Assembly: GCA_024762875.1 (NCBI GenBank)
Contig: JANTGR010000003.1
Coordinates: forward strand, 1-57,976
Direction: 5' to 3'
Length of the DNA stretch: 57,976 nt
DNA from: Sulfurospirillum sp.
GTDB taxonomy: Bacteria > Campylobacterota > Campylobacteria > Campylobacterales > QNZT01
This document shows, piece by piece, positions 11,407-20,451 of the stretch. A model generated the notes under the pieces. That model searched no databases, was not told the origin of the DNA, and was given only the letters and a program-made list of their open reading frames with translations. The first letter of the stretch is position 1. Each line of letters starts with the position of its first letter. The position numbers were made by a program, and so were the translations under genes.

Positions 11407-11958
11407 TCAAGGATGAGGAATCCGTACTTTAGAATTAAGCAGATAAGCTATCATGATAACCAAAAGAAGTATCACATAAATATTTGAAATGAGATCATTT
11501 GCATGCAGTAGATAGAGAACCCATAGCAGTATCGCCCCCAGTGGTGTAGGCACACCTTCAAAATATCTTGCTACTTCACCCTCTTCACTTTTGATGTTAA
11601 ACTCTATTAAGCGTCTGAGCCCTGAGATAATATAATAGATAAAAACCCCACCTGCAACGGCTGTTTCAAACCCACTTGTTTTTTGCAGTGCATAAAAAAG
11701 TAAAAAAGCCGGCATCACCACAAAAGAGATAAAGTCCGCAAAAGAATCAATCTGTATCCCAAACTCACAAGAGAGATTGTACCTGCGTGCTAATTTACCA
11801 TCCAGTATATCAAATGCTCCTGCTATCCATGCCAATATAATAGCTGTAAAAAAATCACCTTGCTGGATAAAATACATCGCAACCAATCCAAACGTTATAT
11901 TGGCAAATGTGACAAGATTGGCGATATTAAAATGGGAACTTTTCTCATACAGAAACAT
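11407..11958 (-). CDS. pssA: CDP-alcohol phosphatidyltransferase, probably CDP-diacylglycerol--serine O-phosphatidyltransferase
   Basis: 183 aa membrane protein carrying the D-G-x2-A-R-x8-G-x3-D-x3-D motif (DILDGKLARRYNLSCEFGIQIDSFADFISF). Confidence 0.75.
   Translation of the reverse strand: MFLYEKSSHFNIANLVTFANITFGLVAMYFIQQGDFFTAIILAWIAGAFDILDGKLARRYNLSCEFGIQIDSFADFISFVVMPAFLLFYALQKTSGFETAVAGGVFIYYIISGLRRLIEFNIKSEEGEVARYFEGVPTPLGAILLWVLYLLHANDLISNIYVILLLVIMIAYLLNSKVRIPHP
11449..11458. repeat. TATCATGATA copy 3
   Basis: Perfect. Inside pssA, read as I-M-I. Confidence 0.95.
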
Positions 11959-12044
11959 GGCTCTACTCCTAAATTACCTAATTTTAACAATCCACTTACA
12001 AATGACAAAATTGCCACTTTCTCAATAAGCCTGTTTATTTTAGA

Positions 12045-13187
12045 ATGGATAATTATATCAAATCTAAAATAATATCTGCTACACTAGTATCAACGAAAAC
12101 AAAAGGCTTCCCTATCATGATAAAACTGTTTTTCAAAGAGTATCCGCTCTTTGTCTCTTTTGCTGCTATTGGAGCGCTATTTCCGCTAGAGCACATCCTC
12201 AGCACTACGCTAAGTGGCAATCTCATCGGATTTGCCCTGCTCTTTGCAGTGATCATCTATTCTTCACTCAATGTAGCACACCATGCAGAAGTACTGGCAC
12301 ACAAATATGGTGAACCCTATGGCACACTGATTTTAACGATCGCTGCTGTGCTTGTAGAGATTGTGATCATTGTAATCATGATGAGCCATGCACACAATCC
12401 TTATCTGGCAAGAGATACGATCTATTCTGCCATCATGCTGGATATCAATGGTCTTTTGGGTATCGCTGCTATTATAGGTGGAATCAAATATGGTGAACAA
12501 AAATATAATATCGATTCTACCAACTCCTATATGTCCATGATTTTAATTTCATTGGGAATAGCCATGGTCATCCCGCATTTTATAGCCAAAGAGAAAATAG
12601 CTCTCTATTTGGATTTTACCATTGTTATGTTTGTATTGCTGTATATCATCTTTACCCGTGTACAGCTAAAAGAACATCGTTATTTTTTTGAGTACCAAAA
12701 TGACGACATAAATAACCACCATGAAGATACATCCCATATCAGTGGACTGTACCATGCTGTTATTTTAGTACTCTCTATTATCATGATAGGTTTACTTTCC
12801 GAGCATCTTTCTGTATTTATGAATAATAATTTAAAAGAACTTGGATTGCCTCTGGCTTTGGGTGCATTTTCAGTAGCCGTTATTTCTGCTTCACCAGAAT
12901 TGTTCACAGCTATTAAGGCAGCAGCCAACGACAATATGCAAACTGTAGTCAATATAGCTGTCGGTGCTTCACTGGCTACCGTACTTTTGACCATACCAGC
13001 AGTGCTGGTTGTGAGCAAGTTTATCCATATGCCTATAGAACTGGGCCTGTCTGTGATTCAGGGAATCATGTTGGGACTGACTATCCTTGCTGCTATTATC
13101 CACTTCAATGATGGAGAGACTAATGCACTTGAAGGTTTTGTACATTTTGTACTATTTATCGTCTTTTTCTTCTTGATGTTTATATAG
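12045..13187 (+). CDS. Ca2+/H+ (cation/proton) antiporter, CaCA/ChaA-like
   Basis: Polytopic membrane protein with two alpha-repeat-like segments (GEPYGTLILTIAAVLVEIV and ASPELFTAIKAA). The start is uncertain. The ATG at 12117, inside a TATCATGATA copy, would give about 356 aa. Confidence 0.7.
   Translation: MDNYIKSKIISATLVSTKTKGFPIMIKLFFKEYPLFVSFAAIGALFPLEHILSTTLSGNLIGFALLFAVIIYSSLNVAHHAEVLAHKYGEPYGTLILTIAAVLVEIVIIVIMMSHAHNPYLARDTIYSAIMLDINGLLGIAAIIGGIKYGEQKYNIDSTNSYMSMILISLGIAMVIPHFIAKEKIALYLDFTIVMFVLLYIIFTRVQLKEHRYFFEYQNDDINNHHEDTSHISGLYHAVILVLSIIMIGLLSEHLSVFMNNNLKELGLPLALGAFSVAVISASPELFTAIKAAANDNMQTVVNIAVGASLATVLLTIPAVLVVSKFIHMPIELGLSVIQGIMLGLTILAAIIHFNDGETNALEGFVHFVLFIVFFFLMFI
12113..12122. 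repeat. TATCATGATA copy 4
   Basis: Perfect. At the antiporter 5' end, read as I-M-I. Contains the alternative ATG at 12117. Confidence 0.95.
12779..12788. repeat. TATCATGATA copy 5
   Basis: Perfect. Inside the antiporter gene, I-M-I. Confidence 0.95.
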
Positions 13188-13191
13188 GAGT

Positions 13192-13201
13192 TATCATGAT
13201 A
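13192..13201. repeat. TATCATGATA copy 6
   Basis: Perfect. Supplies the ATG start at 13196. Confidence 0.95.
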
Positions 13202-13468
13202 GTCACTATAGAAAACCAACAATTTGATACAGACGATATCACGCAGCTTTATCCAGCAGCGATGATCAAAACAGGTTACAACAACGAAGTTACCCAGATA
13301 AGCCTGGAGTGGATTGACATGCAAGAGGGAAATAGTGATGTAACGGTGGTAAGCTACGCAATTTTTATCCATAAAAGAGATCGCTCTGTAGCGTCATTCC
13401 CTTACCATGATAGAGAAGAGCTGGAAGAGGCGATGGAACATTTAGCAAGCCAGATGCAAAACCTTTAA
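13196..13468 (+). CDS. hypothetical protein (90 aa)
   Basis: AGGAG lies 5 nt upstream of the ATG. Tightly follows the antiporter gene. No recognisable family. Confidence 0.5.
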   Translation: MIVTIENQQFDTDDITQLYPAAMIKTGYNNEVTQISLEWIDMQEGNSDVTVVSYAIFIHKRDRSVASFPYHDREELEEAMEHLASQMQNL

Positions 13469-13470
13469 AA

Positions 13471-13505
13471 ATATGAAGCAAGAGCATATACTCTAAGCTT
13501 CATAT
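13471..13505. terminator. hairpin between convergent genes (13468 end / 13533 end)
   Basis: ATATGAAGC ... GCTTCATAT, a 9-bp stem, followed by TCTTGTTTTT on the + strand. Confidence 0.45.
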
Positions 13506-13532
13506 TCTTGTTTTTATAGTTTGAAAGCCTGT

Positions 13533-14462
13533 TTAAAACTTCTTTTGATAGATATGACAATAAGGTGTTTTATTATGTTTTTTATAATAATCCTGATGAT
13601 ACTCTTCTGCTTTGTAAAATGGATGTGCTTTGGCAGGAATGAGTTTTGTCGCAGGCGTCACACCTTTACTCTTTAAGATATCAATCAGCTTCTCTACTGT
13701 CTTTTTTTCTTCTTCATTATTATAAAAGACTGCCGAGAGATACTGAGGACCGATATCAGGTCCCTGTCCGTTGCTTTGTGCTGATTCATGGATCTCAAAA
13801 AAAAGCTTTGCCAACTCCTCATAACTAACCTTGGATGGATCGTAGGTCACTTCTACTACTTCCAGATGACCGGTGTTACCACTACATACTTCCCGGTATG
13901 TCGGATCCTGCTTATCACCGCCCATATATCCGGAATCAGCAGCAATGACACCTTCTTTTTTGGCAAAGTGGTATTCCACACCCCAAAAACAACCTGCAGC
14001 AAAATACGCTTTTTTAGAATTTTCATGTGTAGCCGGTATAAAATCCATTGAGATAGAATTCACACAATGACGTGTGTTTTTAGGTGTAAGCTGTTCCCCT
14101 TTGAATACATGTCCCAGATGCCCGCCGCAGTTGGCACAAACGATTTCAGTCCGCATCCCGTCTGCATCTGGCAGATGTTTCACTGCTCCTTCTATTTCAT
14201 CATCAAAACTAGGCCAGCCGCATCCCGATGAGAACTTGTCTGATGATCTATAAAGCGGTGCCCCACACTGCTTACAGACATACGTTCCTTTTTCAAAAAA
14301 ATTGTCATATTTTCCGGTATATGGCATCTCGGTACCCTTATTTAATATCACTCTTGCTTCTTCTGGATTTAACTTTTTAAATTCCATTTTTTTCTCCTCC
14401 CCGTGTAAAGTAAATAGTACACTCACCAATACTACAAAAAGAATTAAAACATACTTTTTCAT
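13533..14462 (-). CDS. msrAB: exported bifunctional methionine sulfoxide reductase, MsrB-MsrA order
   Basis: Signal peptide MKKYVLILFVVLVSVLFTLHG. MsrB half has two CxxC pairs, GCGWPSF and RHCVNS. MsrA half has AAGCFWGVE. Confidence 0.88.
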   Translation of the reverse strand: MKKYVLILFVVLVSVLFTLHGEEKKMEFKKLNPEEARVILNKGTEMPYTGKYDNFFEKGTYVCKQCGAPLYRSSDKFSSGCGWPSFDDEIEGAVKHLPDADGMRTEIVCANCGGHLGHVFKGEQLTPKNTRHCVNSISMDFIPATHENSKKAYFAAGCFWGVEYHFAKKEGVIAADSGYMGGDKQDPTYREVCSGNTGHLEVVEVTYDPSKVSYEELAKLFFEIHESAQSNGQGPDIGPQYLSAVFYNNEEEKKTVEKLIDILKSKGVTPATKLIPAKAHPFYKAEEYHQDYYKKHNKTPYCHIYQKKF

Positions 14463-14565
14463 AATCTATCCTTTATAAGTAGGATTAAACCACATTACTG
14501 TGTAATGTATATGTAGTCATTAGACGTTAAAAATAGTATAATTTAATACTTTATTCATCTATTTT

Positions 14566-14574
14566 TGCTATACT
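14566..14574 (+). promoter_or_regulatory. candidate extended -10 (TGcTATACT) for the 14597 gene
   Basis: TG-n-TATACT lies 23 nt upstream of the ATG, which is preceded by AAGGAG. Confidence 0.3.
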
Positions 14575-14596
14575 CTCTCAAAATCAAGGAGCAGTC

Positions 14597-14983
14597 ATGC
14601 AAAAAAACGTTTTTAAAGAAAAATATCCCCTATTGAGTTATGAGATCCATAAAAGTGAAACCAGCAAAAAAAATGTTGATGAAATCATTGCTTATTTTAA
14701 AGAAAAGATAGAGGCTCACCCCGTTGCCACCTTTATCGCAACTTTCGATCACTATGCACATACCAGTTCCTTGGCAGAACACAGTATCAACCCGGCAATC
14801 ATAGATGTGAAAAATATCATATTTTGTTTTGGAGCGGAGATTCCTTCTCCAAAAGTAGCTGCAGTTCGACCCCGTTCTATCGGTGTTTGTGAGTTAGAAG
14901 ATAAATTTGTCATTGAGTTCATGGAAGCGCCAAATGAAAAAGCAAATGACTTTATGGAAAACTGGACCAAAAATTTGGCATAA
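14597..14983 (+). CDS. hypothetical protein (128 aa)
   Basis: Good RBS (AAGGAG). No motif I recognise. Confidence 0.5.
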   Translation: MQKNVFKEKYPLLSYEIHKSETSKKNVDEIIAYFKEKIEAHPVATFIATFDHYAHTSSLAEHSINPAIIDVKNIIFCFGAEIPSPKVAAVRPRSIGVCELEDKFVIEFMEAPNEKANDFMENWTKNLA

Positions 14984-15052
14984 ACACTAAAATATTTATT
15001 ATTTGAGCCGATATACTCTCATACATAATTATAGATATAAAGGCATATACAA

Positions 15053-15877
15053 ATGACAAATGAAACAATTCTTGAAAAAGTAAAAGCATTTCCTCCCCTG
15101 GATGATACTGTCGCAAAAGTCATGGCAATCTGCAATGATGAAAATGGTTCAGTAGGAGAACTGGCCAAAGTGGTACAGGCAGATCCAATGACCATGGCCA
15201 ATATCCTTAAAGCTGCCAACAGTCCGCTTTACGGTTTCAGCCGTGAAATAAAAAGTATTTCACAAGCAGTCTCTATTTTTGGAATGGATACAGTGAAAGG
15301 TTTCGCATTTTCTTCATTTTTGCAAAAAAAAATGGACTTAAATCTAGCGCCTTATGGGGTTAAAGCAGATAAATTTACGATGATCACTGAAAAACAAAAT
15401 GCTTTTGCCGTCAACTGGTTCAAACAAAAAAGAGTGATGCTCGATACATTGGCGTTGACATCATTTCTTATGGAGATGGGCAAAATTGTTCTTGCCAATA
15501 TCGTCATAGAACATGAAAAAGCAGATGAGTTCAAAGCACATGTAGACCAGACTACTTCCCTGGAGGATCTTGAGAAACTGGAGAAACAAGTCTTTGGTAT
15601 GAGCAACGAAGAAGTTACTTCGATTATCTTTAAAGAGTGGAACTTTGATGAAACAATGTGTGATGCCATCAAATACCTGCATCACCCTGAAGAAGCCAGT
15701 GAAGAAGCCAGACCTTATGCCCAGGCACTGCAGATCATCAAAACACTTATTTCAACCAAAGATTTTGATCAGGAAACTCAGATAGCAAAAGCCACTGAAT
15801 TGGTAGAAAAATATGATTTGGAAGTAGCAAAATTTCATGAAACACTGAGACTTCAAATGCAGGCAGTCCCCGCATAA
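15053..15877 (+). CDS. HDOD domain signalling protein
   Basis: 274 aa. The N-terminal LPPLDDTVAKVMAICNDENGSVGELAKVVQADPMTMANILKAANSPLYGFSREIKSISQAVSIFGMDTVK is typical of HDOD. Confidence 0.75.
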   Translation: MTNETILEKVKAFPPLDDTVAKVMAICNDENGSVGELAKVVQADPMTMANILKAANSPLYGFSREIKSISQAVSIFGMDTVKGFAFSSFLQKKMDLNLAPYGVKADKFTMITEKQNAFAVNWFKQKRVMLDTLALTSFLMEMGKIVLANIVIEHEKADEFKAHVDQTTSLEDLEKLEKQVFGMSNEEVTSIIFKEWNFDETMCDAIKYLHHPEEASEEARPYAQALQIIKTLISTKDFDQETQIAKATELVEKYDLEVAKFHETLRLQMQAVPA

Positions 15878-15885
15878 TTGATCTC

Positions 15886-15922
15886 TACACACTGACTTCA
15901 TCACATTTGAAGTCAGTGTGTA
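15886..15922 (+). terminator. 15-bp perfect hairpin after the HDOD gene
   Basis: TACACACTGACTTCA - TCACATT - TGAAGTCAGTGTGTA. No U-tract follows. Confidence 0.45.
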
Positions 15923-16047
15923 AGATGTCCTGTCGTAAAAATACGTCAAAAACTACACTATTTACATCCTAATTTATACAAAATATATCCTAATTCTTTT
16001 AAAATTATAGTATAATACCTTTCAAAAATTTATCTGGGGGGATAAAA

Positions 16048-16434
16048 TTGACCTATACGAAAGAAGAATTAAATATGATGTTAAAAGATAAACAGATGAG
16101 TTCTGATGCACTGCAAGAACTTTTAAAAGCACGAGAAGCAGGAGAAGTTGATTTTAAACTTGTTGATATCCGAGAGGTTTACGAATATACATCTCAAAGC
16201 ATTGACGGCACAGATCTTTTGATCCCTACATCGATGATCCAGGCCCATTTGCCAAAGCTTGAAGCTTTGATAGATGAACCCGTTGTACTGTACTGTCGCA
16301 CAGGTAACAGAACAGGACAGGTGATGATGGCATTGGAGCGTATGGGATTTGCAAATATCGCGCACTTAAGCCGTGGTATTATCTCCTATACCGGTGCTAC
16401 TTCACACAATGCTGAACTACCAAACAAACTCTAA
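16048..16434 (+). CDS. rhodanese-like sulfurtransferase domain protein
   Basis: 128 aa with the active-site loop CRTGNRTG. The track start is TTG. The ATG at 16075 is an alternative. Confidence 0.75.
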   Translation: MTYTKEELNMMLKDKQMSSDALQELLKAREAGEVDFKLVDIREVYEYTSQSIDGTDLLIPTSMIQAHLPKLEALIDEPVVLYCRTGNRTGQVMMALERMGFANIAHLSRGIISYTGATSHNAELPNKL

Positions 16435-16438
16435 TATA

Positions 16439-16468
16439 TTTTACCCGTTCTCATAAAAACGGGTAAAA
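16439..16468. terminator. bidirectional hairpin between the rhodanese gene and alr (convergent)
   Basis: TTTTACCCGT - 10 nt - ACGGGTAAAA. The T/A runs are part of the stem in both directions. Confidence 0.5.
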
Positions 16469-16470
16469 CC

Positions 16471-17490
16471 TCAAATCACACTACGTTTTAACCAGGGTGA
16501 AAGCTTCACCAACAGATCATAAACAATCGTATCATGATAGTGTGCCAATGCTTTTGCATCACCAAAGAGTGCTACCTGATCTGCTTCGCCTTCAACTGAA
16601 ACACTGTCCATAGAGACACGACCGATTATCTTTTTACCTTCTGCTGTTCTCAGATCGTCCTTTCCATGAGAGCGTAGATACCCATCACCATAGCCGATAT
16701 CATATGTCGAGACGGTACAATCTTCATGGCAAATACCAACACCACCATAACCTATTCTCACACCTTTTTGCATTGCCCTGCTGGCAATCTTTTCTGCCCA
16801 TAGTTGCATCACGGGTTTCAAATCAGCAATACCAAAAGCAGGATCGCACTCTTCATATCCATACGTTGCAATACCGCAGCGGGCGAAGCTATCATGATAA
16901 TCTCCTGTGCGCAAAACAGCCGCAGAGTTTGCAGAGTGAAACATCGGTATGTTCCAACCATATCGGGCTATCAAATCCAGAGACTTTTGTTTGATATTTT
17001 CCCACACTTTCATCTGCCAAAAAAGTTCACAGGAAAGTTCATCTGCAGAACGAAAATGGGTCATAATACCTTCTAAAACAAGATTTTGTTTGTCTATCAT
17101 GATAAAGGCTCTTTCCATCTCATTCTGAGTGATACCGCTTCGATGCATCCCGGAATCTATCTTGAGATGGATTTTTGCCTTTTGCGGTACAAGAGAAAGT
17201 GCCTCAAGAGAATTGATCACCAGTGAAAAATCACCAACCTCATCCTGCATATCAGGTACCAGTATCAGAATAAAAGGGAAAAATCCTGCAATAGCTTTGG
17301 CTTCCTGCTGGTTTCGGACAATGGCTTTTTGGACACCAAACTCTTTGGCCAGTGCTGCCATCTCCAACAATCCATGTCCATAAGCATTGTCTTTGAGTAC
17401 CACTGCCAATTTATCAATTCCTCCCAGTTTGTCACTGAGCAGACCTAGATTGTGAAAGTAGTGTTCTTTATCAAGTGTGATGTATGCCAT
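16471..17490 (-). CDS. alr: alanine racemase
   Basis: 339 aa with the PLP-lysine motif VLKDNAYGHG near the N-terminus and a C-terminal beta domain. Confidence 0.88.
   Translation of the reverse strand: MAYITLDKEHYFHNLGLLSDKLGGIDKLAVVLKDNAYGHGLLEMAALAKEFGVQKAIVRNQQEAKAIAGFFPFILILVPDMQDEVGDFSLVINSLEALSLVPQKAKIHLKIDSGMHRSGITQNEMERAFIMIDKQNLVLEGIMTHFRSADELSCELFWQMKVWENIKQKSLDLIARYGWNIPMFHSANSAAVLRTGDYHDSFARCGIATYGYEECDPAFGIADLKPVMQLWAEKIASRAMQKGVRIGYGGVGICHEDCTVSTYDIGYGDGYLRSHGKDDLRTAEGKKIIGRVSMDSVSVEGEADQVALFGDAKALAHYHDTIVYDLLVKLSPWLKRSVI
16530..16539. repeat. TATCATGATA copy 7
   Basis: Perfect. Inside alr, Y-H-D. Confidence 0.95.
16890..16899. repeat. TATCATGATA copy 8
   Basis: Perfect. Inside alr, Y-H-D. 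Confidence 0.95.
17095..17104. repeat. TATCATGATA copy 9
   Basis: Perfect. Inside alr, I-M-I. Confidence 0.95.
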
Positions 17491-17723
17491 CAGCCTACGT
17501 TAATATCTCTGGCTTCGATCAATAATCCTCTGATCTTTCTAGCTTGATAGTCCAGTTTAAAAAAGTTTTTATATACATCCTCCGCATCGATCATGGGATC
17601 AGACGAAAAGTCAAAATGACCCTTTGCATCTTTTGGGATACTCACATCCAAAAGTGCATAAAAATCACTTCGTATCTCTTCAAGCTTTCGCATCTCTTTT
17701 TTTACATCATCTATCGCTGTCAT
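17490..17723 (-). CDS. hypothetical protein (77 aa), translationally coupled to alr
   Basis: Its TGA overlaps the alr ATG (TGATG). No family recognised. Confidence 0.45.
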   Translation of the reverse strand: MTAIDDVKKEMRKLEEIRSDFYALLDVSIPKDAKGHFDFSSDPMIDAEDVYKNFFKLDYQARKIRGLLIEARDINVG

Positions 17724-17734
17724 AGTATTTCCTT

Positions 17735-19375
17735 TTATTTGTTTATTGCTACTTTATATGTTGGATCATCTTCTTCGTATTCACAGTATGGACCGGCATC
17801 TTTAAGCAGCTGCTTACAATCACTACTAAGATGACGCAGTCGTATTTTCCTGCCCGTTGTTGCATACTTTTTCGTGATGGCATCCACGGCTTCAACACCT
17901 GAGCTATCCATCACTCTTGCCTTTTTGAAATCAATCACTACATTTTCAGGATCATTTTCGAGATCAAACTGTTCCAAAAATGAAGTCACAGAAGCAAAAA
18001 AGAGCGGTCCATCCAGCACATAAACCTTACTGCCGTCTTTTTCGATATGTGATCTTGAAAATATTTTAGCATGTTTCCACGCAAAAACCAATGCCGAAAT
18101 GATAATCCCCGTAATGACTGCAATCGCAAGATCAAACATCACAGTGACCACTGTCACCACAATCAGCACAAAAGCATCACTTTTTGGCATCCGTTTGATG
18201 CGTGAAAGTGACGAAAACTCAAATGTCCCGATACTCACCATAAACATGATACCCACCAGTACAGCAACCGGGATAACAGCGATAAGTCCGCTTAGTGCTA
18301 CCACAAACAAGATCAAAAGTACTGCCGCTGTAAAGGATGAAACACGCCCCAGACCACCAGAAGAAAAGTTGATGATACTCTGTCCGATCATCGCGCAACC
18401 AGCCATACCTCCAAAAAATCCGGTACACACATTACCTGTTCCCTGTGCAATACACTCTTTATTGCCATTGCCCCGTTCTCCACCCATCTCATCCAATACA
18501 GAGAGTGTCAAAAGAGATTCTATCAACCCTACCAATGCAATCAAAACAGCATAAGGGAGTATAATCATCAAACTCTCCCACGATACAAGTGATAAATCAG
18601 GCATCACAAAATGCGGAAATGCACCTTTGATATCTGCCAAATCACCCACTGTTTTAGTCTCTATGCCAGCAAAATATGCGACTACAGTCAACAGTACAAT
18701 CGCTACCAATCCGGCAGGTACTGCCTTGGTAAAACGCGGCAGATAGTACATGATTGCCATCGTAATCAGGACAAAAATAACCATGATATAGTTTTCAGAC
18801 AGAGAATGAGAAATCTTGTCACTCCAGTTTGTCAGTGTCTCATAATCACTTGATTTGAAAAATTTTAACTGTGCCATAGCAATTACAATCGCCAAACCAT
18901 TGACAAATCCATACATCGCAGGCTGTGGTACAAGACGGATAAATTTTCCCATCTTGAAAAATCCAACCAGGATTTGTACAAGTCCGGCAATAATCGTAGT
19001 AAACAGGATATAATGCAATATCATGATAGAGAGTGCTTCACCATGCAGCTGAGGATGCAGTTGTGACACAGCCAGGCCAAGTCCGACAAATACCACGGCA
19101 ACAGCTCCGGTTGCTCCGGAAATCATCCCCGGCTTTCCACCGATCAATGCTGTCACCAGCCCTAAAATAAATGCCGTATAAAGTCCCACAAGAGGACTCA
19201 CACCAGCAATAAAGCTGAAAGCTATCGCTTCAGGTACCAGTGCTACAGCTACGACTATACCTGAAAGTACACCATTTTTAATATTGAATTTTTCATAATT
19301 TTGTAAGTTGAACAAACGTGTTTCCCCTGTGGTTAATATTAGCGCGATTGTATCTAAAACTCTATTTAGATACAA
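17735..19375 (-). CDS. SulP family anion (sulfate/bicarbonate-type) permease with C-terminal STAS domain
   Basis: 546 aa polytopic, VPEAIAFSFIAGVSP, C-terminal STAS-like VIDFKKARVMDSSGVEAVDAITKKY. The start codon is TTG and uncertain. Confidence 0.85.
   Translation of the reverse strand: MYLNRVLDTIALILTTGETRLFNLQNYEKFNIKNGVLSGIVVAVALVPEAIAFSFIAGVSPLVGLYTAFILGLVTALIGGKPGMISGATGAVAVVFVGLGLAVSQLHPQLHGEALSIMILHYILFTTIIAGLVQILVGFFKMGKFIRLVPQPAMYGFVNGLAIVIAMAQLKFFKSSDYETLTNWSDKISHSLSENYIMVIFVLITMAIMYYLPRFTKAVPAGLVAIVLLTVVAYFAGIETKTVGDLADIKGAFPHFVMPDLSLVSWESLMIILPYAVLIALVGLIESLLTLSVLDEMGGERGNGNKECIAQGTGNVCTGFFGGMAGCAMIGQSIINFSSGGLGRVSSFTAAVLLILFVVALSGLIAVIPVAVLVGIMFMVSIGTFEFSSLSRIKRMPKSDAFVLIVVTVVTVMFDLAIAVITGIIISALVFAWKHAKIFSRSHIEKDGSKVYVLDGPLFFASVTSFLEQFDLENDPENVVIDFKKARVMDSSGVEAVDAITKKYATTGRKIRLRHLSSDCKQLLKDAGPYCEYEEDDPTYKVAINK
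19019..19028. repeat. TATCATGATA copy 10
   Basis: Perfect. Inside the SulP permease gene, I-M-I. Confidence 0.95.
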
Positions 19376-19383
19376 TCGATTTT

Positions 19384-20451
19384 ATGAATTTACTGGAAAT
19401 CCTTTATGCACAAGAGTTTAAAACAACCACTTTTTACCCCAGAAAACAGTCAATAACCCATCCTAAAACCCTGCTTATTGGACCCAAAAAATCAGGTAAA
19501 ACCACCTTGGTACTTGATCACCTTTCCCAAGCCCAAAAAGGTTCTTTTCTCTATATCGATTTTGCTGATTTGCGTGTCAATCAAGCAATCTTTTTTGGCT
19601 TGCCTAATTTTCTGACAAAAAACAACATCCGCCTGTTGGTACTGGATAATTTTGATTTCTCATTTAAAATTCCAGATTGTGAAAATGTCATCGTAACAAC
19701 ACATCAAGCCAAAAGCATTGCAGGCTTTGCAACACAAAAAATCTATCCACTTGATTTTGAAGAATTTATCGCCTTTGAAAAACGGCAGATGAATATAGAA
19801 GCAATTTTCAATGACTATGCAGATGCAGGTACCTATCCTGTGATGGCACAAAGCAGCAAAGAACACCGTATAAAAAACTTTCAAAACCTGATTACCCTGA
19901 TGTGCGAAACCCCGCTGGAATTTACCATCTTTCAAAAATACGCACTATCACAGGGGCTCATCGTCTCCTCATTTTCACTTTTTAACGAGATTAAACTTTT
20001 TCACAAAGTCTCAAAAGACAAATTTTATGCCAATGTCAAAAAGCTGCAGGAAGAGAATATGATATTTTTAGTAGAAAAATACCAGGTACCCAGAGCAGAT
20101 AAAAAAGTCTATCTCATTGATTTTGCGATCAAAAGTGTACTGACCTTTGATAAAGATTTTATCAAGCGGTTTGAAAATATTATCTACCTTGAGCTATTTA
20201 AAGGTGGTGAGCGCGTTTACTATACTGATCTCATCGATTTTTATATACCTGATACATCTAAAGCAGTCATTGCCCTGCCGTTTTTACCACTGCCTATGAT
20301 CAAAACCAAATTAGAGCGTATTGAAAAAGAGTTGGAAAAATATCAGATTAAAAAGATTGAGATCATTACATTGGAGAGTGAGGGAGCATTCACATACAAG
20401 CATATGGATGTTGAGATACTCCCCTTTTGGTCCTGGGCACTACAGCGCTAA
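19384..20451 (+). CDS. P-loop ATPase (AAA_14/DUF4143-like)
   Basis: Walker A GPKKSGKTT. A Walker B-like LLVLDNFD. Start moved to the ATG at 19384 (MNLLEILYAQ). Confidence 0.6.
   Translation: MNLLEILYAQEFKTTTFYPRKQSITHPKTLLIGPKKSGKTTLVLDHLSQAQKGSFLYIDFADLRVNQAIFFGLPNFLTKNNIRLLVLDNFDFSFKIPDCENVIVTTHQAKSIAGFATQKIYPLDFEEFIAFEKRQMNIEAIFNDYADAGTYPVMAQSSKEHRIKNFQNLITLMCETPLEFTIFQKYALSQGLIVSSFSLFNEIKLFHKVSKDKFYANVKKLQEENMIFLVEKYQVPRADKKVYLIDFAIKSVLTFDKDFIKRFENIIYLELFKGGERVYYTDLIDFYIPDTSKAVIALPFLPLPMIKTKLERIEKELEKYQIKKIEIITLESEGAFTYKHMDVEILPFWSWALQR

Noticed and set aside
2415-11448. Absence of the iterated palindrome from the ribosomal operon as evidence of specific avoidance in highly expressed genes
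   Set aside because: Comparable 6-7 kb deserts occur over non-ribosomal genes in the same window. A single 9-kb gap cannot distinguish expression-linked avoidance from general patchiness, so it was folded into the distribution finding.
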